A stretch of 64,000 nt of DNA from Oopsacas minuta (Eukaryota > Animalia > Porifera): positions 208,141 through 272,140 of the forward strand of contig JAKMXF010000335.1 of assembly GCA_024704765.1 (NCBI GenBank), read 5' to 3'. The translations under genes and the position numbers were made by a program. Shown here one piece after another: positions 12,201 to 25,100 of this stretch. A model generated the notes under the pieces. It did not search any database and was not told the DNA's origin. It saw nothing but the letters and a program-made list of their open reading frames with translations. Positions within the stretch are counted from its first letter, which is position 1. Every line of letters begins with the position of its first letter.

Positions 12201-14011
12201 GCTATTAATTTGGCCTTTCAAAGTTCAAACGTTACGTAACGCAAATTCCCTAAATTAGTCACGCTTTTTGCCCGTTTTCTAATACCAAAAGAATGCGGCT
12301 GTCACACTTCGGAAAAGACAATAAATTTGCAAATATAAGCGAGAATCAGAAATAAAATGTACTGAAATACACGATACACTTGCAAATATTGAGATATTTA
12401 TTTATCAAATATATTCTTATAGACAGCAACATATTTTCGGTGGAAATAGAACAAAATGAGACTTCAGAAAGACTGAAGCTATCAGGGGGCTATAACTTAA
12501 TCCTACTAAATGATGGAATACAGCTTACGACACAGGACAGTAAAAGAGTCATATACTTCTGGCATGTTAAAGTGCTTAGAAGATTTGGATCATCAAATAG
12601 CCGATTTTCAATTGAATCTGGAAGGAGTAGTCAAAGTGGCGTCGGTAATTTTGTTTTTTTCACTCCAAGTTGTAAACTAATCAATGAAAAGGTCACCGAT
12701 ATGACTGAGCGTATAAAACATAATAAGAGTTCAGGTGACGTAGTTAGGATTGAGTCAAGGACAACTCCCACAGACATATCTCCACTTACTCAAACACATA
12801 GTGCAACTAGGGTTCAGACATCAATTGCAAGCGAAAAATTCGCCCAAAAAGAACGCGAGTATCCCAAAGAAAGTATTCGGCCAAATCCAATTTCAAGTGT
12901 AGATTCTTTGAACGAGAATGCATTCTATCCAATTAGAGTTAACAATGAAAGAGAAAAGAATCTTATAACAACGAAAAAAAGTTTACCTCCGGAATCTGGG
13001 AATATCAGCGATTATAGTTTGAATGAAATACAGAAAAAACCGCTTATAAAGATTCGTTCATCACAAACAAGTGATGCAGATTCAAACACTATTGAATTGA
13101 ATACAAAACCAACTACAGTACATATAGACAGGCCAGATTATGTGAATTTTGAATCCTACTTAAGAGCAACTGCAGATGTTCAAGACCCTTCAATAAGTGA
13201 TGCCCAAACTCCAATGAACGCCGAAGATTATCGTAAAATGTTGCCAATTGCATTCGAAAGGATGCGAAGCGAATCTGAACCAACTCCACCCAAAATTTGT
13301 CTACCAAGGGAAGATTCCAATAGCATGTATGTAAATTTGCAAAATATCCTACCAGCAAATCCTGATGATAAAATACCTATGGCCAGGGAATACCAATCAA
13401 ATTCTGTTGAGAACTTAAGAATGTCACCAGAAAGGCCTTCTCATATGCAAAAATCCGTTCACTCTCTTAGCACACAAAATCTAGCAGGCTTAAGTGGAAA
13501 TCAGGACTTTGAAATACCGAGTGATACAAATTTACAACCAACAGCCCTGCCAAAGTCGTTAAGCTTAATGCAAATAACTCACAGACAAGGACAGCCCCAA
13601 CAACAACAACAATATTATCCGCCACAGCAGCAACAATTCTATCCACAACATCCATGTCTTCATCCTCCTACTTTTATTCCACAACAATTCCATACCGAAC
13701 CAAACCAGCAGCAATATCCAAGGGGTGTTGATAGATTTTATCAACAGCCACCACAACAGCAAATTGATACACACAGACAAGTTATGTATCAGACAAACAC
13801 AGAATTCCCCTATTTACAACAACTAAGACTACCGTATGCCCCTTCTGTCTGCCCTCCAGATTCATTTCAACCTACACGCCAATATCCCAGATCTGCTCCC
13901 TCATCAGGAATGATAGATGCAGTACAAAGACCGGCAATACGAGATGTATATCCCTGTAGCGCTCCAAACACCGGGAGTCATTCTATGCAAAGAGATATCT
14001 ACAAGCCCTAA
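9250..14011 (+). CDS. DOK/IRS-family adaptor (PH domain + IRS-type PTB domain + Tyr-containing, Pro/Gln-rich tail)
   Basis: Exons 9250-9342, 11554-12031, 12423-14011, phases consistent. PH-like start IILKEGFVKV...KWNKQYLKL and end ELLDWISYIK; PTB signature FWHVKVLRRFGSSNSRFSIESGRSSQSGVGNFVFFT. Confidence 0.8.
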
Positions 14012-15341
14012 TAGATCTGAAATAGAAAAGCCAACTATATTAATAAGCTTATTTAATTAGGAATTAGTATTGTCTGTAGGTTAAATAATTGGCTATATTC
14101 TGCATGCTATGCAAACTGCTTTTTGTTTTGATATTTGGCTCTTATGTTCATTAATAATTATATTTGCTCCCAGATTATTCTTATTAATTCAGAATTCGCT
14201 TGCTAGAGCTGCGCGGCTTTCGACAGCATTAACCTCGGCACTTCGTGCCTCAAAATGAACAAAGTATAAAATAAATGATAAAAACGTGAAAATTGGATTC
14301 AGTGATATATTTCTCAACTTTTATCGAACTATGTTTACTTTCTTGATAAACACCATAAATGTATAGTATACGAAATTCGAGTCCAGCATTCTACTAACCT
14401 TTTCTTCACAACGGAAAAACAATCAGACAACAATTCATGATAAATATTACATATCAATACCGTAATTTCCTGTATCGCAATTTTAAAACGAACAATCTAA
14501 TCATTATCTGAACTGAAAGTTAGTGAAATTCGAAAAATACCAATCCCATTCGTTTTTAATATTCCTTTTCCAAAGCAATTTCTATATGATTTTTCGAAAA
14601 TCACATCATTAACATATAAATTACAACCATAATATTATCTACACTGAAAGTACCGATAGAATTATGGTAGCAATACATGTGAGACACTAAAACAATACTT
14701 AAAGATTCAGTTACAATTTTCGAAGACAATTAGTAATATTTTTGGCAAAATCAGGGAAGTGCTAGTTATTATTCATCTGCAAATTATTGAATATTGTATA
14801 CGTGATTGTTGCAATAATGTATTTTTAAGAAACAATGAAATCATAAAAATGTAGACGTTTGTCCTAGCAAAGGAAGTGGAAGGTTTGCTGACAATATTTC
14901 GTCACATTTGTGAATGTAACAGTAACAGTAACAACCAAGTACAGTGTAACCTCCACAAAGGAGATGCAAGGGACGCAGAAATACTACCCCATTTCTACTA
15001 AATTCTCCATTTATGGAGGTTCAATTGTTTGGGACAAAGAATCCGCTATTTCTCATACCCGTTTCCACCTTTTGTGAGTCGGTATTATTGTATAGCTTCA
15101 CTTTTCGGTCCCGTTGCGAACGTGTTAACCTTCCTAAACTAACCAATTTGATAAGCAAATAGAAATATCACATAAATATTATATAATTAGCATTTAACTA
15201 TATAAATATGACTGAATTGGAACAAAAATAGAAAAATATATATTTTGTGTATTTAGTATAGCAACTACACACTGTAGCCATTAGGAGCTCTTATAAGCTA
15301 AATAATCTGTAAAAAAGGGAAAATACAAAAATAAGTCAAAT

Positions 15342-18300
15342 TTAAAAATCTCTATCCCAACCAGAGAGGTCTTCTGGTATTTCATCGCGGTCGATTGGGG
15401 CTGGAGCGGGATCGAAATTCGCAGTGTCTGAATCAGATTTAATTATAGGAACATACGGGGGTTTTACTTTATGCTTTACTAAGCCATCCCAGTCAAATCC
15501 CTGAAACCAACGATGCACGCGAATATCTTTCAAACCATGACGTTGATAGCCAAGTCTCTCAGCTGGATTATCCCTACATAACTTGTGCACTAAATGGTTA
15601 GCAGTTCGGGGAACCCTGCGAGGGAACTCAATGCTCTCTATTCCTCTCAAAATCATGTTGTATGTCTTCATCGCATCATGAGCTATAATAAGATATAAAT
15701 GGTGATAATGACAGTAATTATAGCTGATGAGCTTTGTAATAAAAATTCTAGCCAAAGTTTAATTGTTAAACACAAGGTATATTCAGATGTTAGCGGCCTA
15801 ATGGCGCCAGTTGCCGTTTAGGGTATCTGAAAAGCTGAATGATATCCTGCATTTAAGAATATCTCCTCTAATTTACTTAAAATATACAAGATGCTAAAAA
15901 CCAAATTTTACACGTTTTCTTATAGTAAAAGCTCTGAATGATATAGTGTAACCTCCACATACGGGTGTTAGAGACGCCAAAAATGCTACCTTATTTCCCC
16001 GGTTGTAAAGGTTCATCTATATGTGACTAGGAATTCTATCTATTTATTTTTCACTCCGTTTCTAGAAGTTCCCGGTTTACACAGGTTTGTGGAGGTTACA
16101 CTGCAATCTGAATAATACGTGGCATTAAGTACTAACCTTGGAAAGGAGGAGTCCCTGTCAACAACTCAAATATTAGAATGCCAAGTGAATAATAATCTGC
16201 TGCATAATCATGTCCCCTGTTCAGAATAATCTCGGGAGCGACATACTCCGGAGTACCACAGAATGTCCAAGTCTTGGTACCACCAAAACCTATATGTTTA
16301 GCGAAACCGAAATCTGTTAGTTTTACATACCCATCCTTATCGAATAGCAAATTTTCAGGTTTCAAGTCTCTGTATATAATTCCACGGTCATGTAAGTACT
16401 GCAGAGCTTCTACTACGCAGCCAATAATGAATTTAGTCATTTGCTCAGGGAAGTGACCTCTATCTCGTAATAAGGTCCATACTTCTCCACCGAGACATAC
16501 TTCCATTAGCATATATAGGTAACGGGAATCTTTGAAAGTTTTGTAGAGTCTATAAGATAGTATTTGTTCAGAATACAGTTAGTACGAATGCCAAGTTACA
16601 GGAAACATGTTCGTGTAATCCGAAACTAATGTTAACTGGTGTTAATTGTAAAAATCCATTGAAAGGTTGTTCTTACTAACCAGAAATTATTCACAGTATT
16701 TGGCTAACGAGGTTCTACCATATATAATTCTATAGAATGATATGAAAATATTACTATAGAGAAGTTAGAGGGTATCGTTAACTTCATGCACAATATTTGT
16801 ACAAATTATCTCTATACAATAAGATTGCAACTATGGAGCAAATCTACAGTGGATAACTTGAAAATCTAAATGAAGTCGCAAAAGAATACAATGGGACAGT
16901 CAAAATATGTAAATTAGCACTATGTAGGCGAAGTTATTCCAGTTGGTGCCGAAAATAGTATTTTCCCCCATCAGATTCAACTATAACTTACTGGCATATA
17001 AACGGGCTAGAAGATTGCAACATAATAGACTTCTCATTGAAGATATGCTCTTGCTGTCTAGTCTCTACTATCTGTACTTTACTTAAACATTTCAATGCAT
17101 AAGTTTTCTTATTTCCTTTGAATTCTACCAACTCTACTCGCCCAAATCCTCCCATTCCCAGTGTCTGTATAAATACTAGATCAGATAGAGATACACTACG
17201 TAGTGGTTCTGGGATATCCTGATCTTGTGATTGAGCACGAGGAGGATAGGTCTTCTCTTTTATCTCAGAGATATCTCCGATTAGAGTTAAGAAATAGTCT
17301 CTGGAGAAATATGGATATAAAGTACATTCAACAGCTAATAATTAATTTAAACTCGAAAAATGTAAAATCAGCTGTTCCCAACCTTTTTCACCAGTGGACC
17401 CCTCCCATACAAATTTTTGAATCCTGTGGACCTCTTCCTATCGTCCGTGGACCACCAAGGACCACCAATTTCCAAGCTTGTCAACTCTATCAAATACACT
17501 TATAATGAAAATACCTTTCTAACGTGAGACAGGATACATTAGCTAGAGCTTTCACATTAGCTGTCCTGACTCTCTCATGAGGTGTTTTACCCATCAGAGC
17601 TATCTCACCAAAGAATTCTCCACTGCATAGTGTTCTTATCTCATTACCTTCTTGATCTACTACTACTCTACCCTCACTGATTATGAAGAACGTCTCACCT
17701 AGAAGTTTAACAATAATTATAATTCGTTTTGTAGAAATTGTTACCTTTTGGAAAACTATGGATAAATGTACAAATGACAAGGTTAGAGTGTGTGTATTTA
17801 CCCACGAATGTAGACCCCCTATGCCAATTTTCACATATCCTGTGGACCCATGAAACCCAGTTTGTGAACCACTGTACTCGAATATCCCACAATCACAAAT
17901 AATATACACATACCTAATGTCCCTTCTCGTATAATGAATTCTCCTTCCTGATATATTTCATCCTCCAATGCATCAGCCAACTTCATAAGATTATTATCAT
18001 CTACTCCTTTCAGGAAATGAACTGTCTTCAAAAAGCCTAGCTTTGCGTTATGCTTAACCATGGATGTTTGCATCATTATTTGTTGGAAAGCTTTTCTCTC
18101 TAGGGCCCAAACAGTACACGCGGTTTGTGCAGTGATAGTAGCAGTACGTGGGCATTTGTATAGGATAGCCAGCTCACCAAATACCTTTCCTACACCCATG
18201 TTACCACGTGACACACCATTTTTCGTCACCTCAACTTCTCCACCGGATATGACATATAAATGTGTGCCGACAGCTCCTTCTTTACATATTATATCGCCAT

Positions 18301-19244
18301 TCTTGAATGTACGTGACGTCATGCATTCTACAATTTGTTCTATTTGTTCCTGAAAGAGAAAGATTTATTAAATAGTATAAGTTCTAAGATCTAAGCGCTA
18401 TCTCCACTAATCTCTGAGAAATAGGTGATGAAATGTTCTACTCCATGATAATACATTGGAAATTGGAATAGTACTAACTTTATGTAGATGTTGTAGGAAA
18501 TCATTGTTCTTAATAGCCCCTGTTATAAGTTTCTTATTATTGAAGTCTTTATGCTCTGTTTTGAGTTTAGTAGGAGATGCTATAGTAGTAGGTTCTGCTG
18601 ATACTCCTTCTCTCTTGATTCTCTTATCATCTGGCTAATAAGTGAAGGAAATATTTAAAGAAATTCGTGTTCGGACCAAGAGCTGGCATAAAATCGACAA
18701 AGTCAGGATAGAAAGGATCATGTCTTAAGAACTGCACTTTCCTTTATGTTCGACCAACTGCAGTTTGCCGGATCAAGAACAAGTCTATATACTTTTGACT
18801 TTGGGCATGAACATGAATATGGCATAGACTTTTAGTTTAGGCATGAAGATGGTATCAACTTTGCTTTGGGCACATAATATGGCAACACCGAGTCCAACTG
18901 TCTTTCTCTCAGAGCGTGAAAATTTGGGTTTTTTATAGCTGTCGAATAATAAAATAAAATAGCCTGCAAAACAAACTCACAATAAGATGACTAATTTCAA
19001 TTGGCAACATTGTAATATTGGAATCTGGGGGAAATTTTAATTTCCCTTCGTTTGCTTTGAGAATGGTCGAAAGGACATCTCTATACTTATCAAGATCTGC
19101 ATTCAACTTAGAAATACGTTCATCTTTCTTGACTAATTGGTTCGTTTTTGAAGCTAGTTCATCCTTCAAGTTGTTCACTTCTTTCTTCAACTCTTGTAAC
19201 TGTTCAGCTTTTAGGATCAATTGTCCTCTAAGATCAACTTCCAT
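15342..19244 (-). CDS. PRKG1: cGMP-dependent protein kinase (PKG)
   Basis: Exons (+ coordinates) 18981-19244, 18479-18634, 17914-18349, 17515-17698, 16992-17300, 16137-16549, 15342-15682; 2103 nt = 700 aa. Leucine zipper, pseudosubstrate [11 protein letters not shown], two cNMP domains ([15 protein letters not shown]; FFGEIAL...RTANV), kinase motifs [32 protein letters not shown]. Confidence 0.95.
15944..16103. mobile_element. Tc1/mariner-like MITE, family B (CAGTGTAACCTCCAC ends)
   Basis: TIR tagtgtaacctccacatac / gtttgtggaggttacactg in a PKG intron. Copies at 58588-58716 (TA on both sides), about 49854-50023, 14940-15100, 31340-31440, 39110-39180. Confidence 0.75.
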
Positions 19245-19294
19245 CTAATTATTCTAAATTTCTGCTGTAAAAAATTTTTAAATTTTAATGTGTA

Positions 19295-19430
19295 CAGTGG
19301 TTTTCGTAACTAAATAGTAATAAGCAAGTTTTTTCAGGGACTTAAGGGTCCTTTTCGTAATGGAAATAATTCCTCTAATAGCAAGGGAGATTCGTGCAAA
19401 TTACTACTTGTTAATTGATGAACTCCACTG
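19295..19430. mobile_element. Tc1/mariner-like MITE, family C (CAGTGGAGTTCGCC ends)
   Basis: TA-cagtgg...aactccactg-TA, 50 bp upstream of the PKG start. Same family at 62158-62277, 41974-42113, 38500-38797, 35738-35860, 46640-46760, 20438-20510. Confidence 0.75.
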
Positions 19431-20736
19431 TATATAATTTCGAAAGTAGTTTGGATTGTTTATTAGCAATCGTGAATGCTGTCTACGTCCAAATGGGCAA
19501 AAATCAACACAATAATTGAGAGTTGAATGACGAAAGTATGACTAACCTCTGCATAAATCATGAACTAGAATGTTTATATAACGTTTCCATAGAAACACTG
19601 TCACGCAATTCACAATAATCAAGCCATATGATATCTACGTATATATGATTTCGTCCGGCGGGAATTCAAACTTATCATCAAGGTAGAGCAAATGCTTTTT
19701 TCGAAATAGTGATGGCTAAAATACTACATGTACTTGCAGTTTAGTCAACTCCGGTTATATCGAAGCTCAAGGGACCGCGATATTTACTTCGATATGAGCG
19801 GATTTTGAATCTGTTTGATATAACTACACATATATTATTTTGACGGTTTGGGGCCGTATTGTACAATTCAGTTGTTCGATGTAACGGGAGTTGATTGTTT
19901 TCCCATTTATAGATTGCTTTACGGTGATTTGCTTTGTTATAGCAAACAATTGGATAGATACGTAGCTATTGGTTATTGGTGTGGTGGAATATTCAATGAG
20001 ACAATTGCGAGGGTCATTTTATGCTATAATTTCGAAATCGAAAAGGCTTATTTATAATTAATATTTTCAGAAAATTGCTTATTTATGTAATTAATTAGAT
20101 TTATAATCCTGACATAGAATCAGGTGTGTTCCGTAAGATATTTTGTAATTTTTGAAGTAGATAATTTTTGTCGAAAGTAATCTAATTTCAATAAGAATGA
20201 TTACAAAATTAGTGTGAATTATGCAATTAGGGATACTGGATATATTCAGGCGTTGGTACCTCCCAAAATGGGAGTGTCAAGATTACTTTTATTTCTGATA
20301 ACAATAATATTTTTGGAGTCAACATGCTGCTAGATACTTTTCTAATTTTATCATACTTCTCAACTCTATTGGCATTCCTGGATTTCCCCGGGGTCGTGCA
20401 CTACCCCAATTGAATTACTTACCCATTTTCAATACCTATAGTGGAGTTCGCCTATTAGCGGATAATATTTTGCGTGAATCTTCCTTGCAAATACGCGAAT
20501 TTGCTACTATTTACAAAAATACAATCTATGTCCATGAGAACAGTATATTATAGGCAGAATATAGGAATATTTTTATGTGCAAGTTACAACCCGAGATTTT
20601 AGACGTCTTTCGTGAGACTCATCCTGAAATTGAATGGTCTGTCTCTGGATTCAAAACATTATATCCAAGGAAATATGTTTATATTTGTGAAATTCATAAA
20701 TATAATTTCTGATTCCTACGTTTTAGCTAACAAAAG

Positions 20737-21964
20737 ATGAGTTTTGAGAAACAAGTATTGATAGATGCTAAGGGCCATCTATTGGGTAGATTAGCATCTG
20801 TCATAGCTAAGTCAATACTATCTGGACAGAGGATCGTAGTAGTAAGGTGAGGAGTAGGTTTATGTGTATAGTATACATCGGAAAGGGATGAACTGGGTCG
20901 GAGGCATGGGCATAGTCCCGGGGGGCGGTAAAACTCCAATAGGCTTTCTTCCAATTTATTTGACTATTGTATATTCCTCTAGATGTGAGGACATCAATCA
21001 ATCGGGTTCATTCTACCGCAACAAACTGAAGTATCTGTCTTATCTTCGTAAGAGAATGAATACTAATCCGTCACGAGGTCCTTACCACTTCAGAGCTCCT
21101 TCTCGTATCCTTTATAAGACTGTTAGAGGGATGGTACCACATAAGACTAAGCGAGGTATGATAGCTCTCAATAGACTGAGAGTATTTGAAGGTGTTCCTC
21201 CTCCGTATGATAAACAGAAGAAGATGGTAGTACCTAGTGCTCTCAGGATAACAAGACTCAAACCTTTTAGGTTTCAATAAATTTTGATAAGACTCTAGTA
21301 TCGCTTAGTTTTGGTAGGAAGGATTGTACGAGGATACAATTTTTCATGAAAATAGCACTCTGACCTACGATTTTGAGCATATAGTATAGACTTTTAGTTT
21401 TCGAGATATCGCAATGCAAAGTGGTTTATCCACAAGCATTTGGACATAATTTCAAAATATCTTTTACTATTTTCTCCATGCTCACTTTGAAATTGGTACT
21501 GTTGAAACCAAACCAACCGTTCTCATCTCATACAGCCATGGTATGAATTCCCAAGAATTATGTTAAAATTCACGGTTTCGACTATTCCTAGTTATATATT
21601 CTGTCTACCCTTCAAGGCTGTTAAAATTAGCTAATATTCGAGGTAATACTGTATACAGTGGAACCTCGTTAATACGAATTCCGGATAAGATAAGATAAAC
21701 ATATTTTAAAGTTCGTTGGTGTTCGTATTAACGAGTTTACACTGTATATCTAGGAAATACGCTGTACTAGGAAGGCTCTCTCATGAAGTAGGATGGAGAT
21801 ACAAAGATGTAGTTAGCAAACTAGAAGAGAAGAGAATCAGTAAAGGTAAGAAGTTCCACAACAGAAAACTCAAAGAGAAGAGAATAATAAGAAAGGCAGA
21901 AGAGAAGGCTAAGGATCAGCTGACTGAAATAAACCAGGGGCTTAGTAAGCTGGGTTATGCCTAG
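20737..21964 (+). CDS. RPL13A: 60S ribosomal protein L13a (uL13)
   Basis: Exons 20737-20846, 20983-21270, 21754-21964; 609 nt = 202 aa. [41 protein letters not shown]. Confidence 0.97.
21656..21744. mobile_element. Tc1/mariner-like MITE, family D (CAGTGGAACCTCGTTAATACG ends)
   Basis: TA-cagtggaacctcgttaatacgaa...ttcgtattaacgagtttacactg-TA in RPL13A intron 2; copies about 42866-43004 and 23960-24107. Confidence 0.75.
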
Positions 21965-22144
21965 TTACCATTAAGGGTATAAGGAATGTTAGTTTATTTG
22001 CTAGTAGGTATATTGTAGAATTATTAGTGTCAATTGTTAATTATATAATAGATGGCCAAATTAATAATTTCATTAATTGGGAAGTTGCTTATTTCCTGAA
22101 AATAGGACCACTGTATGACAAACTTGTATGATATAATATTAGCA

Positions 22145-25100
22145 ATGGATCTCAGTCGCATAACAGAGCTAGGTCTAGGTATAGGCCTAGAGGGAGGAGT
22201 GGGAGCACTGCCAGTAGCTAGTGAAGAGAACAAACAGCTACGCGCTGAGGTGCTAGAACAGTCTAGAGAGCTGAGTACTCTACGTAGAGACACACGGACA
22301 CAGAAAGATCGCGGTAGATTGTTACAGGAGCATTTAGCTCTGATACGACAGGAATTACAGCATACACAGGGACTGTTAACTGCTAGAGAAAGGGTAATTA
22401 CTATATCCGTACAGTCAAGTCCCGTTATATTGAAGCTCAAGGGACCTCGATAATTAGTTCGATATTAGTGTGAAAATTATGCCACTTTGACGGTTTGGGG
22501 CCATATTTGTACAATTTTAAACTGTTCGATCGAATTTCATAATTGTACAAATAAAATCAAAGTCAAAATATTCCATCGCTTATTTCGAAGTAATTATAAT
22601 CATCGCGGTTCCATGAGCTTCGACATAACAGGAGTTGACTGTACTCGATATGACCTCATTCCTAATGCATTTAGGTCAAAGAAGGAGAGCAGCACATGCG
22701 ATTACTAGCAGAGCGGGAGATAAGTAGGCTATCAGGTGATCATAAGAGAATAGAGGGAGAATACAGTTCTATAAATGAACGGTTAGCACAGCTTGAATCA
22801 GCTGTCTATAAAGACAAATCTAAACTGCAGCAGATATCTGAAGAAATTAATTGGGATCAACAAACACGGAATGAATGGCTTAAGAAACAGAGCAAAGAAG
22901 AGGATGACGTAATCACTATTGAGAAGTATTCTAGACAGGATGAGGCTAGGATTAAAACTCTATCTCTTGAGATGGAGAAATTGGAAGGAGAGTGCAGGGC
23001 GAGTAGGAAACAGCTGGAGGATGAAGTCACTGATACAATTAGTAAGTATAATAAGCCCATTAATTGGGCTATTTTTGTGGTAACGGATAATATATATTTT
23101 TCGGGTAATCGGTTCAACTACCATTATCTAGGAATTCTATCTATTTATTTTTCACTCTGTTACCAGAAGTTCCCCGTTTCCTCTAGGTAACCAGATAGCA
23201 CTTGACAAAGTAGCTGAAGAATACAGAGATACTCATAAGGAAAGAGAAGAGCTGTTGAAACAATGGGAAGCTATTCTAGACCAGATGAAGAGAAGAGATG
23301 GATCTATAGAACTGACAGCTAAGGAACTAGAGAGCGTTAAAACTACTATATCTGAGCAAGAGAATGCGTTAGATCAGAAGAAACAGTTTTTATTGAATGA
23401 AGAAGGTTAGAAATTATATCTACCGATGTAGGACACTGTTAATATTGTTTTAGTTCCACCGCCCGCATCAAGTTTACCTGCTACATGAATATTCTCACTC
23501 ATTTTATGAGTGACATTCAGCTACACAATATATTTACTAACTAACGGGTGAATAGTAGTGATTTTATCTTCACAGATCTCCTTTAACACGCTTAATTAAC
23601 ATATTTAGAAGTAGAATCATTGAAATATTTCCATGAATTGGACACTTATGATAACGTCATAAAATAATGAAATGCCGCCCACTCACATGCATAGATGGAC
23701 ATCATGTAGAGCTGAAACAGGTTTCTCATTAACAGGACTTTATTTACATTTCTATACAACTCAGGTAATAACGAAGAACTTGAGAAGAAACATAACATAA
23801 CAGAGAGATTGGTAGCTAAACAGAGACTGGAGTATAATGAAGCTGAATCTTCTCGTCTACAATTTCGAGATGAGTTAGAAACGCTAAAATATACAGTAGA
23901 TAGAACAGCAGCTGATCTTGAGACACTACGCGGTTAGTTAATAGTTCGTTAGATCTACTTGACTTACAGTAGAACCGCGTAGTACGAATTTCCGAATAAT
24001 ACGAACAATAGTTATTCAATTTGTATCACTCTAGTTAATCTGTACTCCGGTTAAGAAGTACACATTTCGAAGGTCCGTCCGTGTATATATTAACGAGGTT
24101 CTAGTGTATTTGGTATAAACATAAGTTCGTAACCATTATAGGAGAATGTAACCATCTGAACAGAAACGGTAAGGAACAGACACAAAAACTAACAGAAATG
24201 CAAGGTACAGTCGTAGCCCTGAGAGAGCAATTATCTAAATCTACATATTCTACACTAAGCAGTGAAGAGAGAGCTCAGAAGCTTGAATCTATACTCAAGC
24301 AGGAGGAGAATGAGATTATGGAGTCTAATAGGAAATCAGATTTATTGAGAGATAAGGAATTTAAGATTATACAGCAAGTACAGGTTAGTTAAGCCATTAA
24401 GCCAGGTTTGACGTATTTTACAAGCAGTTCTCACCCTGCGGACTCCTTAATGGTCCACGGACTACAGTAATGTGTCTACAGAATGTGTTGCCGAATTCTC
24501 GTGACGAAATTTCTTAGAGAGCATTTTGTCTGTATGTTATATACCTTGTGTTAGGAAGTGAAAGAGAAGGAAGCTACAATGCTAGGAGAGGAACAAGGAT
24601 ACAGAGCTGCGCATAGGAATTTAACTTCTAATCTACAAAAGTTGGATAAACAATCTTTGCAACAACAAGAGTTGATTTATACACAAGATTACCAGGTAAC
24701 TGATTCATAAAACATTATATCTAAGCTCAAGAGATCGTGATAATTACTTCATGTAATGGATGAAATGTGTTACTTTGACGATTTGGAACCATATTTGTAC
24801 AATTGAAGACTTCTATGAGCGCTATTTTGATATATCTGTTTTCGATATAACCGGAATTGATTGTACGTATATACACTCTTTACCGTTAGAGCTATTTCGG
24901 TCTTTACTCATCATTTGTTCCATTATTTTATCACAACAACAATATAGATAGTACAGTTAGAGAAACGATTAGGAAGACTTGAAGGAGAGACAAGTGCTGA
25001 AGAGAAGAAAGCTCTTCAAGATAAGATAACAGAGTTAAATGAAAGGAAAGACTATGAAGATAAACAAGAATTACTCCTTACTAACCAGCTTAAACGTCTA

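Noticed and set aside
18660-18940. Extra PKG coding exon inside intron 1
   Set aside because: Frames close or break phase; the sequence is a degenerate approximately 30-33-bp tandem repeat plus a probable transposon remnant, and exons 1 and 2 already join in phase 0.
20612-21753. C/D box snoRNAs in RPL13A introns, as in vertebrates
   Set aside because: No properly placed RUGAUGA/CUGA pair with a terminal stem was found by eye.
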